Shown here one piece after another: positions 31,036 to 45,111 of a DNA stretch of 64,000 nt (positions are counted from its first letter, which is position 1; each line of letters starts with the position of its first letter). The translations under genes and the position numbers were made by a program. The DNA is from the human T2T-CHM13v2.0 reference genome, Homo sapiens. The notes under the pieces were generated by a model that ran no database searches, was not told where the DNA came from, and saw only the letters and a list, made by a program, of their open reading frames with translations. Where the stretch lies: the NCBI RefSeq assembly GCF_009914755.1, contig NC_060940.1; one strand, 5' to 3'.

Positions 31036-32743
31036 ATGACAGAGGACTTTCTGACTCCAACCACTTCTCAGACCCAGCCAGCCTGCATGGGATGTCAGCT
31101 TTAAAGACCTTAATCCTTTTGAAAGGAAGAGCTGCTTTATAAATCAGATAATTAAGTGGTTTTTTCTCCCTAGAATGTCAAAACACAATGAGCTCAACAT
31201 AGTTCTGAAGTAGAGCCGTTAAAAAATTACCAGAAGGAGGCTACAGAGCATTGCTCACGTAGGGGTGGCATGTCCCAGGCATGGGGTGCTCCGGGCCAGC
31301 TGGAAGGAGGCTAGAAGGACCGCCTGGCTCACATAGCATTGTCACTGCTGCAGATGCCTGCCCGAGCCAGCGCACAGCTCTGCACGCCAATTCCCATGCT
31401 TCAGCCAAGGGTGACCGGGCTGTCTGCCTGGCCCTTTTCATGACGGGTCCAGGTGCCATGTGCTCATAGGAATGGGAGCTGTTGAGAACACCTGACGCTG
31501 CTCACACATTTAACTGATGGCTAAGACTGGGCCACGACCCTCAGTCACCCACATTTCCGGCTGGCCACTGAGCCAACCCATCCCCCTCTGTATGAGCCAA
31601 ATCTCTTCTGAAGCCCTGAGTTCTGGGCTCTGAGAACTACTATAAGGTGAACCTAGGGAAAATGAGACCCAGAAATATAAATGGGCTACATTTCAGCCAC
31701 TCTTCACTGCCCCACAATACTCTTCACTCTTCTTTTTCTAACAGAACCCTAGTTTTGTTTGAGGGGAGCAATAAGCCCAGCTGAGCACACGAACGCCACC
31801 AGATTCCTCCAAATTACAAGTGACTCTGTGACATAGTTCTGGCCAATGAGGCATAAACTGCCGGTTTCGGAGAACCCTGAATCCTCCTCCCTCTGCCCTT
31901 CTTTTGCCTGCAATACTGTTGGACAGAGGTGATAGAGGTGATTTTTTTGCCTGAAATACTGCTGGTGTGGTGGTTAAATCCAAGTGTCTGGAGTCCATCT
32001 CCTTGGTTTGATACTCAGAATTGCCACTTGCAGGTCCTATGACCCCAGCAAGTGCCTTAATTGCCGTGGGCCTCAGTATTCTTGCTATAAAAAAGCACCT
32101 TCCTTGTAGGTTGTTGGGGAGGGTTAAATGAATTAACACATGCAAAGCCCTTGAAGCAATGCCAGCAAATAGGAAGGCTGTCAGGGGGTTGGCCCTTGTT
32201 ATGTTTCTGGAGGGGAAGCAGCCCTTTTGTAACTGTGAGGACACACACACCAGAACGCAGCAGAGAAAAAGTGCAGGGCCCTGATCACGTGGCTAAGCAG
32301 TTGCACCCTCTGTGAACTCCCTTGAACTCCCTACCTCCAGATTCCTGTTGGAACAGACAAAAGGCTTGTTAGTTAGAACCTCTTATTAGTTAGATTTTCT
32401 ATGCAATTTACCAATCTGGTGGGTGCCCAACCTCACTGGATTATCCTAGTGATCCGACAAAGGGATGCAGGAAAAATGGTATTTGACTGTTCATACCCTT
32501 CCCTGGTCTAGCATATTTCCTGATTTCTGTTTCCTGGAAAGAGACGCCAACCCTAAGTAACCCAGGCTTCTCCCAAGATGAATGTGTTCTGTTGTCCTGG
32601 ACTGGATTTTCAGTGGGTACTTCTTTTCAAGGCTTTCAAACAGAAAGAATGGCAGCTCATGAAAAGTCTAGACCTACATCCTCTATTGCATTGATGTCCC
32701 AGTCTTGAGGCCGTATGAATAGCCTTCACTTGTTTTACATAAA

Positions 32744-33272
32744 TGTGAGGGGACAGATTCGAGACGGTCAAAACCCCATCCCCTATCCCACATGTTCTCT
32801 TCCCATTGAGAGGTTGGGTCTGTGCCCCTCCCCTGAATCTGGTGGCCCTATGACCCCGAATTCAATTGCACGCAGTGAAAATGCCACTGTGTGACTTCTC
32901 AGGCCAGTTTGTGAAACACTACACAGCTTTGCCTGGTCCTCTGGGGCACTCGTTCTGGGGGAAGCCACTGCCACATAAGAAGTCCGACAGCCCTGAGGCG
33001 GTCATGCTGGGGGTCCATGTGTGGGCACCCCAATCCATACTCCAGCCGGGCTCCCAGACACCAACCAGCATTTACTAGCAGCTATAAACATGTGTCATCT
33101 AGAACATCCAACCCAGTCAACATCTGACCACAGTCAAATGAGACACCCCTAGTGAGAACCACCGAGCCGAGATCTTCCTGGATTTCTAATCCACAAAACC
33201 ATGAGCAACATCATATAGTTCTAGCCACTAAGTTTTTGGGTAATTTTCCCATAACAATAACAACTAGAACAG
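32744..33272 (+). mobile_element. MLT1F/G/H-type LTR relic
   Basis: 'ctcccctgaatctgg', 'ccacaaaaccatgagc', 'tagccactaagtttttgggtaattt...aataacaactagaaca'. Confidence 0.65.
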
Positions 33273-33348
33273 AAGGAATCCTCCATAACACTCAGTATGT
33301 TATTGATGAAAATGTTTTATGCTCTCTGAGGACATTCCATTACCCTAG

Positions 33349-33788
<440 letters not shown>

Positions 33789-36179
33789 TGAATGTTCACG
33801 GAACCTCTGGTGAGCTCTACACAATGTTGAGCAGTGCCAACCTCAGCCCCGATTGCACCCAAAGCCAGGGAGGTCCCAAGGAGACTTCCACGTGCCAGAT
33901 TCCCAGCCCCACTGCTGGCAGCGGCCATGACCTCGAAGGTCACAGAGACTGAAGTGCCATATGCAGGCAGGCAGGCCAGGAGGAGCTCAGAGTCTGTGTC
34001 CCTATCAGCTACATAATGCTGATTTCACTGACTTTAAATGTTCTTGTGTTGGGTTTTTCCCAAGGAGCTAATTAACACACATCAACTAATTTGGCATCCT
34101 AGGGTCTCCAGGTACTATTTACAAACTGCTATTTAACTCTCTTAACAAAGGAGAGCAAGATACGAAACAGTTCTTGTAAGAGGAGAAGGCGGAATCCTCT
34201 TCTGTCTCCTCTCCCCATCTTTAAATGGCCCCATTTTAAAATTTTTAACTCTTCCCATTAAAAAATTTTTTAAATCTCCCCATTTAAAAATATCTGGGTA
34301 AGAGGCTGTGGAGGAAATTAAAGAGTAGGAGCCAGAGGTCCCAGGTGCAGAAACTCTGGGGTATGGCGAGACCCCTGAGGCAGGCGTGACTAGCTTTGAG
34401 ATCTGGGTACCAGATGCCCATCTGCTACCCTGTCTCATGAAAGTTGGCCAACTAGAACTCAGCTGGTCATGGGGGAGGCAGGGTAAGATGCCAAGAGGAG
34501 AACCTGGACATCTGCTGGAAGCACCGGCATAGACTCTTAAAGAGCCAGCGCAAGAAATGTCCTCCAGGTGGAGCCTCAGTTTCCCCCTCTGTGAAACAGG
34601 GAGACTAAGAGTACTTCATAGGATTGTCATGACAATTTAATGAGATAAAAATGCAAAGTTGCCAGCACAGTTCTTGGCATTTCGGAGGAATCTGATAAAT
34701 GTCATACCGCTGCTGTTTTAGTGTTAGGGTGGTGATCCATAGCGGACACCTCCGGCTTTCGGACCATTCCATTCAACTCACAACCTTGGAAGGAGGCAAG
34801 CTCCAGGCCATCGGCTCCCTGTTCAACCTCTTTGGGCCTCAGTTCCCCCGTCGGTGAGATGGAGGTTCTCTGCTGCTGCATTATGGGGGTGGGGGTGGTG
34901 TGGGAAGGGTGCCAGGGATTGGGCACAGGAAAGCACCCCCAGCCCAACTGCTGAGCTGCCAGAAACCTGGAGAGTATATGAGGTGCCACTTTAGGGCATT
35001 CCCTGTTTCGTTTCAGGGTTCCTGTATGGAACCTGAGACCACCAAAGGCACGCTGTGGTGCCGAGACCCAGTGCCTGCCTCTCTCAGTAGCACTGTTCCA
35101 AAGCCATCAGCTCTTTCCTCCCCTTCCCATCCCCCACCTCTGGACTTAGTTCATGAATCTCCCTCCCCTATTCCCTTCTCCTCTATTGGGCCCACCCAGC
35201 TCCACATAGTTTTAGCTCCTGGTACCCTCCAGCACATTCTACAGAGACCCCAGGTCTGTGCTCCACACTCCTGCCTTTCATCTGGGTTCCCAGAAGCTGC
35301 AGGGACAACAGAGACCACCTTGTGCCCCACCCACCTTCCTGGGTGGACACCCAGATGCTAGGCTCTGAGACCCCTTCCTATGGAAGCACAAAGTCCCCCC
35401 TCCGGGCTGGGCCGCCCACCACTGTGCTGTCCACACCTTCCGGAGGGAGGCAGGTACCTGTGGGTAGAGCTGGGGAGCCCCAGCGCACCATTTCAGGACT
35501 TGGAGAAAATAAAATAACCTGGTCGCACCTCAGTTTGCATATCAGTGAAGTGCGATGATAAATAGTACCTTCCTCCCAAGGTCAATTGTGAGGATTAAAA
35601 CAGAATATTCACAAAAGTCCGTAGCTCTCTAGACTATAAGCGCCTGCTTCATTCGTAGCAGGTGCTGTGACTATTATCATGATTATTTCACCCTAAAACA
35701 CTTTGAATAGGACAGCGGAAAGACCCTTGACCCCTCCGGGGACAATCCAAGAGCCCCTTGGCTAAAACAGAGCCATGAAGCCCCACTAGGCTGGGCTTTG
35801 AGACTAACCTCACCACCACCCTCAACCTGGTGACCCAGCACAGGTTCGCTGTCTCGCTGTGTAGCCCCGGGTGTAATCCATGTCTGGAGATAGAACACTG
35901 GAGCTCAGTGGGGCCTGAGCTTTCTGGAGTGAGGGTCACCGCAGGGCATGCACTGGAAATCCAGATCCCTGGGCCGCTCCCTGGGAAGTTCTGATCTAAT
36001 ATGTCCAGGCTCCTTCTGGGATCTGTTTATTAAGCATCAGGATGATTCATATGACTCCGCCGTTGGAACACTGGAGCCTGCGCGGGTGTCAACGCTTGTT
36101 CACTTGTTACAGGTGAGGTCACCCCTTTGTCACGCACCTCGGGCCCTGCGCCCTGGTGGTCCAGGGCTGGTGCGGGGGC

Positions 36180-37380
36180 TTAGGTGCAGCCTCTCCCACG
36201 TGCACCTGCGAGGCCTACCCTTTCTCCCGTCTCAGGGCCTTGATGCCCGTGCCTGTGAAGCTGGCATCAGCGAAGACCTCAGACGGGAAGGGATGAGTGA
36301 GCAGGTGTGCCCCCAGGGACCCCACGCGCCCCCCGCCCCTTCGCGCACCGAGGTCGTCCTGCGTCTCCGGGATCCCAGGCCAGCGGGAGGAGGGGCCGCA
36401 GGGGCGCTGCGGGCAAGGGGAGCCCAGTGCGCAGGGCTCCAGAAACCCCGACCCTCGCAGGGGAGAGCCAGCCGAACCAGACGTGTGGGGGCAGCAGCCG
36501 CCGCGGCGGTCTGGGACGCGGGTGTCGCCTTCCACGGGACTTGGGTCCAGGGACCCAAGACGGGGATCTGGGAGGAGGGGGATGCCCTTGGGGCCTGAGA
36601 CCCGGGCGGTTTCCGAAGCGAAGTAGTTACCCAGAACCGCTCCCTACCTTCTCCCCGCCTCCCTGTCTTTCTGCCCCTCTGTCCCCTGTAGCTGCTCGGC
36701 CCTCCCTCCTCTGAAACCCACCGCCCGCCCAAGGCTCACTCCTTCCTGCTGTTCCCGCCCGCGAAGCTGCTGCAGGGACGGTGCGCCCTTGGGCTGCACT
36801 CACCACCGCCCCTCGCCCGCGACGTCCTGGCCCCCTAACCCCAGCTTTCCCGCCGCCGCTCACTCCCGCGCTCCGCTGCAGCTCAGCCCGGTCTGCAACT
36901 CTCCCTCTGTTTTCTGCCCCGCTCCTCAGTTCTGCGCTCTCCTCTTCTCCAGGCTTCCCTCTCCTCCTCCTTCTGCCTCTCCCCTGTCCCCGTTCCATTC
37001 TCCTGCGCCCCTCGCCAGCGCGCTCGCAGCCCATCGGCTCCTGCCGGGGCCCCTCTGGTGCCAGCCGCCTTCAGGCTGTGGGTCCGTCCGCTGGTGGAGG
37101 GGAAGGTCGGGGCTGGCCCCGGGCCCCGCGCTGCTGGGCCCCATGGTCAGTGGAGACGCCTCCTGGTCTCCCTTCAGAGCTCCTCGTCGTCGTCGGAGTC
37201 ATCGGAGGACCAGGAAGGAGGACCCCCCACCAGCTGCCGCAGCCTCTGCTGCGAATCCCCCCACACCACACCTCTCACCCCAGAAGCACAATTATCATTG
37301 CCCAGCCCCTTTCAGACAAAAGGAAGAGCGCGGTGGGGATGATCCGAGGGAACCCTGACTCAATTCATGGTGTGCGTGCG
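36180..37380. promoter_or_regulatory. CpG island, probable promoter/first exon of an unidentified gene (likely + strand)
   Basis: Very high GC and CpG density in unique sequence; GC boxes (ccccgccc, cccgcc); candidate 5' splice sites at 37146 and 37921. Confidence 0.8.
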
Positions 37381-37383
37381 TGC

Positions 37384-37419
<36 letters not shown>

Positions 37420-37432
37420 TTGATTGATTGAT
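37368..37432. repeat. (TGCG)n(TG)n(GATT)n compound microsatellite
   Basis: Visible directly at the 3' edge of the CpG island. Confidence 0.95.
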
Positions 37433-40023
37433 TTTTAACTAGAGGGGAAAAATTCCTAAGAAAATGGGCAAAAATTACAGATTGTCCCATTTTTGTCCAG
37501 TATTATCATTGGAAAGGGAGGAAGATGAAGAAAGAGCCAGTGTTTGTGGAGTTTGTTTCAGGCTAGAAATAGAAAAAGGCTGCAGTTGATTAAGGAGGTG
37601 GCCAGAGAAGCAAAGTTTGTTGAACGCTGAAGATCACCTTGTAAAGGTGGAGTTCCTCAGGCTTTACTCCGGGAGCCCTCCCTGGGGAGGAAGAGAAGGC
37701 AGGGTCAGTGCTGAGCCATCCCGGGTGTGTGGACCTGCTACGCTAGGTCTGGTCTGGACGGTGCTGTTGGGACCGGGGATGACAGAGCCAGGAGGGGCCA
37801 GAATGAAAGTCGCAGAAAACCAGAAACAGGCTACAAACTTCTCCAGTCTGCCCACCCTCCCCTTCCGTTTGTTTCATGAAAACCCATTTCCAATCAGAGG
37901 ACCACAGGCCAGGGAACATGGTGAGCCCAGCCAAAGACACTTTCAGGACAGATGGTATAGAAACGTGGTACTTTGGTAAAGAAATCAAACTTTAAAGAGA
38001 TCAAAACTCTGACTTCATCCCTCCCCAGACAGCATCTTGAAAAGGCGTCCCAGAGCATCAGCAATGGACATCTCTGGGTCAGCGGGGACAGAACTGTCTC
38101 TTGACCTTGAACTTAAGTCATTTCTTTGTGATGCCTGAAACGTGGGCACTGAGCATTCATCGTTTTGTAAAAAGAGGGGACAAAAGAGTAATATTTTGGA
38201 CTTTTTTTTTTCTCAAATAAAATGAACAAGGATGGATGCCTGGGGGTGGAATGGAATTATGTGCAACCTCAGATGATATAGAATCTGCAGGCAGTCTCTG
38301 TGCTGTACAGAAGAGCCCCTGCCATGCCTCCCTGCCCCAAAGAGTGGTTGCAAATTGAGTTCACGCGGGAGAGTTTAGAACACTGCTTGGTTCATAGGCA
38401 GGGTTGGTCGGTGTCATTCTTGTTATAGTATTCACCACTTGGCTATGATGGAGAAGTGAACTGAAATTCGATTTTCTTGCCTCTCACTGGGGACTGTGTT
38501 TGGTCGTAAGCTGCTGCTCGGTCTACCTATAGAGGTGGGGGTGCCTGAGCAGGAAGCGGTGCTCCCTCTGCTGTAACTGCTCCCTCCCCTAGAACTCAGC
38601 CTGCCTGCCCTGGGTCTGCCACAGCTGACAATTCCATCTGGAGTCTCCCCTAAGGGAGGCAGCTCCCCAGTCTTTGCTGTTAGCCCAACCTCAGCCGCAA
38701 AAATCCAAGCCGCTCCAGGTCCCCACTGCTCTGCTCTTGTGGGGAGCAGAACATGACATGGCTTCACACAAACAACCGCATTCACTGAATTGCACAGATT
38801 GATGTCCAGTTTGCCAGAATACCTCAGGCTTGCCGCCTCTCCAAAGCCCACGCATGGAGCCCTGAAATGCCGGCCCACCCGCGGGACGCTCACACCCCTC
38901 CAGATCCCAGCAAGGCTGGAGGCTGAAGGTTTTAACGCGGCTTTCTGCTCTACTGCCATGAAGGATTGCGTCGTCGAAAAATATTGAAGGGTGAAGGGAG
39001 ATGTTCAGGCAAATAAATGAGGAAAGTAATTTGCAAAACAGCACGTGCACCATGTGATCCCATTCTTATAAGGACACGGTAAAATAACTAATAGGAATAA
39101 CAACAGCTAATGCTTACTGGGTGCTGACTAAGCGTGCACGCTTCCCTGTGTGTGTGTGTGTGTGTGTAACTTACACACCAAAACACCAAACTGTGGCAAG
39201 TGGTTCTCTTGGTGGTGGCTTTGTCATGTTCCTCTCCCCTTGTGTAGTTGCATATGGTCCAGGTATTCTACAAGAAACACATCTTACTTTGTAAACCATT
39301 GCGGTGAATTTTTAAAAGATCACGTAAAGTCCATTTCTAGCACCCTTTTAAAGTGGAGGCGCTGGTATTGGAAGCTGCAGCCCTTAACGGGCTCCGCACC
39401 GAGTTTCCTTTCTCCCTCAGGACCGGTTTCTCAGAATTCCGTCTGTCATTGCTGCAGGACTGGAAGGGATTCATCTTGGGATTTTCTGTAGTAACTTAGC
39501 AGAGGCCTTAGCCTACTGTAGATGATCTATACATAATAGTAAATAAGACTTCTCCAAAATGATGTTTTAATCAACCTCCCCAGCCACATCAAAGCCCAGC
39601 AAAAACCTTTCTCCCTCAGGCAGGTGGCTTTTCTCTTCCTCAGGAGTGATTTCACCTCTCTGCACCATATCTGTTGTGATGGAAGGTGGCGAGGAGGAAG
39701 GCCATCCCATCTGAGCTGAACCTTCTGGAAGGAGGGCAGGGATCCCCTTGGAGCTTACAGTGGGGGGACTGGTCTCAGGTCCTCCCTTCCCTTTTGCTGT
39801 TGCTGTTCCCTTTCCCATCTATCTTAATGGTAGATGAGTTCGGCTCAAGGAATTGCTCAATTCTGCCAAACAATTGCACTGTTGTTGTTTTAACTGAATT
39901 GGTCAATCAGTTTAATTAAAGCAGGCAGGCTGATAAGCCCCTCATGGCCAGGGCTGTGCTGATACTTCAAGCCATACCCTTAGTAACACAGAGTTCCATC
40001 TTGGTGTATGTGTGCATATGCAC

Positions 40024-40098
40024 TGTGTGTGTGTGTGTTTGTGTGTGTATATTTGTGTGTGTGTGTGTTTGTGTGTGTATATTTGTGTGTGTGCGCGC
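40024..40098. repeat. Interrupted (TG)n with a 30-bp internal duplication
   Basis: tgtgtgtgtgtgtgtttgtgtgtgtatatt present twice. Confidence 0.85.
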
Positions 40099-40836
40099 CT
40101 GTGCACACATACATGAGCATCTTGGTTTAAGAAAGTCATCATTTTGTAAAAAAAAAAAAAAAAAAAAAAAGATAGACAAAACTATCTGGTCAACAGCGAA
40201 ATCAATTTATAAATGACTCTTCCAAGCATCCTATAAACTTTTTCCTCACCAGATTCTGGGAATCTGGGTTTTGGAAATATTTTGTTTTAAAAAATTGTAT
40301 GTTAAGTAAAAAGGTAGAAAATGTTGTTTTGTTGTTCATATTTTGGTGAAGCATATATATTGAAGTATATATTTCACACAAAAGACACGACTCCTCTCCA
40401 CAAAACTCTGTGTTCCAGGAGTATGAGTATGTGAGTTTCGAATGGAAGCACTGTTATGCCAGCATCAAACACCCTGCATTGACAGAAATGTGATTCTGGT
40501 AAATATTAAGTTCCTTGCTGACCTCGGATATCAAATTAAATCTTGTGACAGGCATTGGGAATAGAGGGGGAAAGGGCTGGACATACAGAAAGCTTAAGAA
40601 GTGACTGCATGCCAGTGCCTTGGGTGCAGTCTGCCCCCTGCACAATCCATCCCCTCCCTCCAGCCACTCAACTCAGAAACCCAAGGTGCCCAGAAATCGA
40701 GATTGATGCTGTAGTGAGAGTCAGGCGTCCAGCTAGAAGCTGCAGTTCTGCACCAACAATGGGAAAAAAAGCTCTGGCAGCCCAAAGCCCTGGGTGCAAA
40801 TCTCCGCTCCACCAGTCACTGGTAAGATGATCCCAG

Positions 40837-41237
40837 CAGGGCCAGGACTAGGGAAAGTGAATGAGGCTCTTATCTTGGGTACAACATTACAGGCAGCACT
40901 GAAACACTCAGCCATCGAGATAAATAATATTTTAATGCAGTATCTTAAAAAATCAAAACGAACACAAAAAATCTACGATGCACAAAATATCAGCATTTAA
41001 AAAATAAAGATGGGCTCCATCTCGGCACCTGCCCGTGCTCCCTTGCTTGCCTTACCCTGACCCCGACCCTGTATTCCATCTTGATTTAAAATTTCACGTT
41101 TTGTTCCTCATGGATTTATTTTTGCACGGATTTAGATTTTTTTTTTTTGGTCCTGATGACTGAATGTTTTGGTGCCCCCTTCAACAGTGCCCCCAAGGTG
41201 AGGGTCTCTCTCTTGCCTCACCCTTGTCCTCACCCTG
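40837..41237. mobile_element. MER96B-like hAT-Tip100 MITE (palindromic)
   Basis: Termini cagggccaggactaggg...cccttgtcctcaccctg; AT-rich arms 'gataaataatattttaatgca...aaaaaatcaaa' mirrored on the right. Confidence 0.75.
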
Positions 41238-41944
41238 CGAATAATCTCACATTTCTGAACCTTAGTTTCTTTGTCTAAAAGGCAAGGTAATAACTGCCAC
41301 TCCCTGGGACTGTTTGACATGACTCCAGGACCACAGGGAGTGCATGAGGAAGCTGGCAGTCCACCTGCCACCCACTGTGAACCCAGACGGAGAGGCCATC
41401 TGACCCACACAGCAATTCTGGGGGACTGGGACCTGCGAGCAAGGTTCGATTCCCAGCCCATCCGTCCCTGTCTCTCTGACACACGGTCACCACGTGCATT
41501 CTGCTGCCAGGCCCCGGAGCTGAATCCTGTGAAATCCTTGCTCCAGGGGCCACACAATGTAACCGGGAGGCAGGAATATGACAGGAAAAGTTAACCCACA
41601 GGATGGGAGGTCCCAGGCTGTGTGCACAGTGACAGGAGTGATCACAAGAGTGCATGGGGACTCACCCTGGCCAGAGACAGAGAGGCATATAGGAAGGTTC
41701 CCCAGGGGAGCCGAGACTCTGTCCAGACCTCAAAGAATTCGGAGAGGAGAGTGAGAGTGAGCCCGTATCTGGGATAACTGAAAAAAAAAAATGACTAGCT
41801 TAAAAAAAAATCTCCATGTGTGACACCTTACGTCACTAAAGCAAAGTGTGGATTTGAGTTACTAGGTACTAACGAGAATTTTGGAAAATGGACACAGCCC
41901 TGCGTTTAAAGGAATTCTCTTTTCTTGCTGGCTGATACACTTGT

Positions 41945-41946
<2 letters not shown>

Positions 41947-41982
<36 letters not shown>
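41947..41982. repeat. (CA)n microsatellite
   Basis: Visible directly. Confidence 0.95.
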
Positions 41983-41984
<2 letters not shown>

Positions 41985-42924
41985 CACCTGGCATCTCCAT
42001 ATAACATCCCAGGGTGCTGTTAGCCTTTCTGCCTCCTCCCTCATCCCATGTCTCCTAGAACTGCCATGAAGCTGACGTGCAGCATGTGCTCGCTGCTGGG
42101 CATAGATGGCCAGCCCATGGCTCCTTCCTGTACCCGTTGCTGGCAGGTCCCGTGCCCCGGGGCAGCTCCTGCCACCAGTCCTCTCCTCTGCCCTCCCTCG
42201 CATCTACTCCTTACGTGCATCTGTCAAGGGGCGCTGAGCAGGTGTGTCTGTGCTTCACTCAGGTCTCGTTAGTGGTTGTCAGTAAGCTCTGAATTCTTCC
42301 ATAGAACCCTTAAATCCTTCCTCAATCCCCACAGCCCACGAGCAAGCCTCCTAAATCCAATCAATTAACACAGCCCAGAAAGTGGATCCATTTGCAGGAA
42401 AGCTATAAGCTTGCACCTAATCGTCCTTCCCTAGGGGACCGGTTAGAGCAACTGTAGGACGGCAGGAAGGAGCCCTCTATGGACCTGAAAACATCAAGGA
42501 GAACGGTACATGTTGATTGGAAATATGTCCGTGACATATATTGCTAAGTTTAAAAAACTTAGGCTCCAAAGCAGCAGATGAGTATGATTGCAGTAGCTTT
42601 TGAAACGGTCGTGTTGGGTGAGTGTTTATACAGAGATGTCTGGGGCAGGAGAGAGAGGCCTGGGGGCCACCAAATATTCCCAGCAGTTGCTGACAGTGAG
42701 ACACCAGGAGGGTTCAATTTTAAAAACTGTCTTCTTTATTTAAAAAACATTTTTTTTCAGTGGTTGAATTTTTGACATGGGTATGCATTGTCTTCATAAG
42801 AAGGAAAAGGAAAAAAAAAAAGAAAGAAAACCAGCTAGGTGATTTATAAGCTTCCATGGAGCATTTTTGGTAAATGAGAAGTGCTGGGTTTTCCAGGTAA
42901 ATGGAATATGCAAACCATGGGTGC

Positions 42925-43125
42925 CGGGGCTGGGAGGAAGTGACAAGAGGGGACACTGCTTAGTTGCGTAGGGTTTCCTTTTGGGGTGATGAAATGTTAG
43001 GGAACTAGAGAGGGCTGATGCGCGTTGTGATTGCACCGAACGTTCTGCATTTACTAAATGCCCCCGAATTGGACACTTGGAGACGGTTAATTTCCTGTTA
43101 TGTGAATTTTACCTCAATAAAAAGT
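42925..43125 (+). mobile_element. L1MB 3' end fragment
   Basis: 'gggtttccttttggggtgatgaaatgtt...tatgtgaattttacctcaataaaa'. Confidence 0.75.
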
Positions 43126-45111
43126 GCCAGATTCTCTAGTAAAACAAGTCACCTAATCAAGTTATCTGTGTGTCTTCTAGTTTTATATGTAATAATTTAC
43201 CTGATTTGGAGCGCGCTGGTGTGGGTGCTCCAGAGGACCGGTCTGTCCTGAGGCTGGAACCCGATTTCTCAGCCTGCTTTTGTGGAACCCAGAGGCACTG
43301 ACTCTCTAATGAATGGGAGGCAGGGAAATAATTTCCAAGATTCCTTTCGGTTCACAAAAATAAGAGTATTCAGAAGAATGAAACCTGTCCATGTATAACA
43401 TCTGATCATTTTCTTATAGTCACCGTCGCTCTTAATTTCTCCTTCACACAAAGTTCTAGTCTGACATCCATTGAAACCAGAACTTCTAGAACTTTCTTTT
43501 CAGTAAAACATTCTCTCTCTCTCTCTTCCATTCCTCTTCATTGCATACAATATTTGAGATAGCTTATAGGAAATCAGTGTTAAAAAGGAGTAAATCATCA
43601 ATGCAAGAATACAACTACGGGAAAATATAAATTGGAGTTGAATATCAAGATTTAGAGAGGAAATACTTAGAACTCATCCTCTGAAGCTCTGAAATTACGC
43701 ACAGCTGCTGTGGCGGGCCATGCATTCAACCCCCCGCTATATTTATATAGCGTGTTTACCTCTGGAGGACATTCACTCATTTTACCCTCAAGAGTTTCCC
43801 GGGAGGTGGACAGAGGCTGAAGAACTCTGCGTGTGACAGACGGACACTGAGGGCCCTGCGGCCCCCGCCAGCCCTTACCAAGACCCTCCAAACCGACCAA
43901 GTCGTTTCTTCACCCACATACAGCAGACTCGCACGTGCCACTGCAACGGGTATGGCCTGTCTCTCACACACATGCACGCACACAGACACACACAATGGGG
44001 TCCTTACACACACACAGACGACACACATCCAGACCAGACAAGCATGCATATTTTTATTTCAGTGGGTAGGAACAGGAGCACCGTTTCCGCCAGGACTCCA
44101 CAGGGGCGATTTATGGACCTGGAGCGTCTGAGTGCTTGTGTGCTGCTGGGTGGGGTAGGGTGGGGCAGGAGCACACAGAGGGAGGCTGGAGGGTGCTGGA
44201 GAGAGGATGGGTGTGAAAATGGTCATCTTGATTTATACAGAACCACATTTACAGCCCGTCCATTGCGGAGCTTCACGTGAACATCATCTTCTTTTTTATC
44301 TCTTTCTTTTAGAATCCCATGTGTCTCCCTCCTCCCTCCTGTCTTTCCCTCTCCCTCCTCTCCCCTTCTGTCTCTCCCTCTCCCCGTGAGGAGGCCCAGC
44401 TGGAAGGAGACAGGGCTCCGAGTTCAGTCCGTGCAGACAGGACTAAAGTAAACATGCTGGTCATCGGGCAGGCAGTTAGCAGCATTTGGACAGATGATCA
44501 GTGCTGGGCTGGTGGAGGACCACACACGCAAAGCCCCCTCGGACCACACAGGCGTGTGCCTGCCCGCCCTGCCTACGCACACGCACATGCTTGGAGTCAC
44601 ACACAGGATGCCCTTCCCATGCCAGCGCAGCTCTTCTTTGCCATGGGACAGTTGGAGAGGTGTCTTCTCAACACTCACAAGTTACAGGCCCATGCTGGCC
44701 TTGCCAGAGCCCCCACACTGAGCCAGATCCCCTCGAAGAAGCAAAGGGCCAGGGGCCTCCCAGTCACGTGCTCTGTGGGTACCAGGGGCATGTCCCTTCA
44801 CCCTTTAGGACCTCTGTCTCCCCATCTGTGGGGCTGGGGTGATCACAGTGGCTGCTGTGCAGGGGTATGGACGGCTGCCTCCCGTGCCCTTCACTCCCTG
44901 TGTGGACTCCAGCCTTGTCATGATTTCACCTCAAACAAGCGGTCTGCACCCCTCCCAAGGCCTGGGGGGCAGGGCCCCAGCTCACATGCCTTGGCTCTGC
45001 ACCACCTGGTCACCCGGGGCAGGCCCCTCCACTGCTCTATGCCTCAGCTTCAGCAACTCTGGAGCAGGGAGAGCAACAGGCAACCTGGCAGATGGACTAA
45101 GGTAGACCACT

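Noticed and set aside
35948-37419. Many 100-216 aa ORFs in the CpG island
   Set aside because: Expected from high GC content; they overlap on both strands, are low complexity and show no recognisable homology
36180-37930. Assigning a gene symbol to the CpG-island promoter
   Set aside because: No coding exon or sequence that I can identify with confidence; needs a genome alignment
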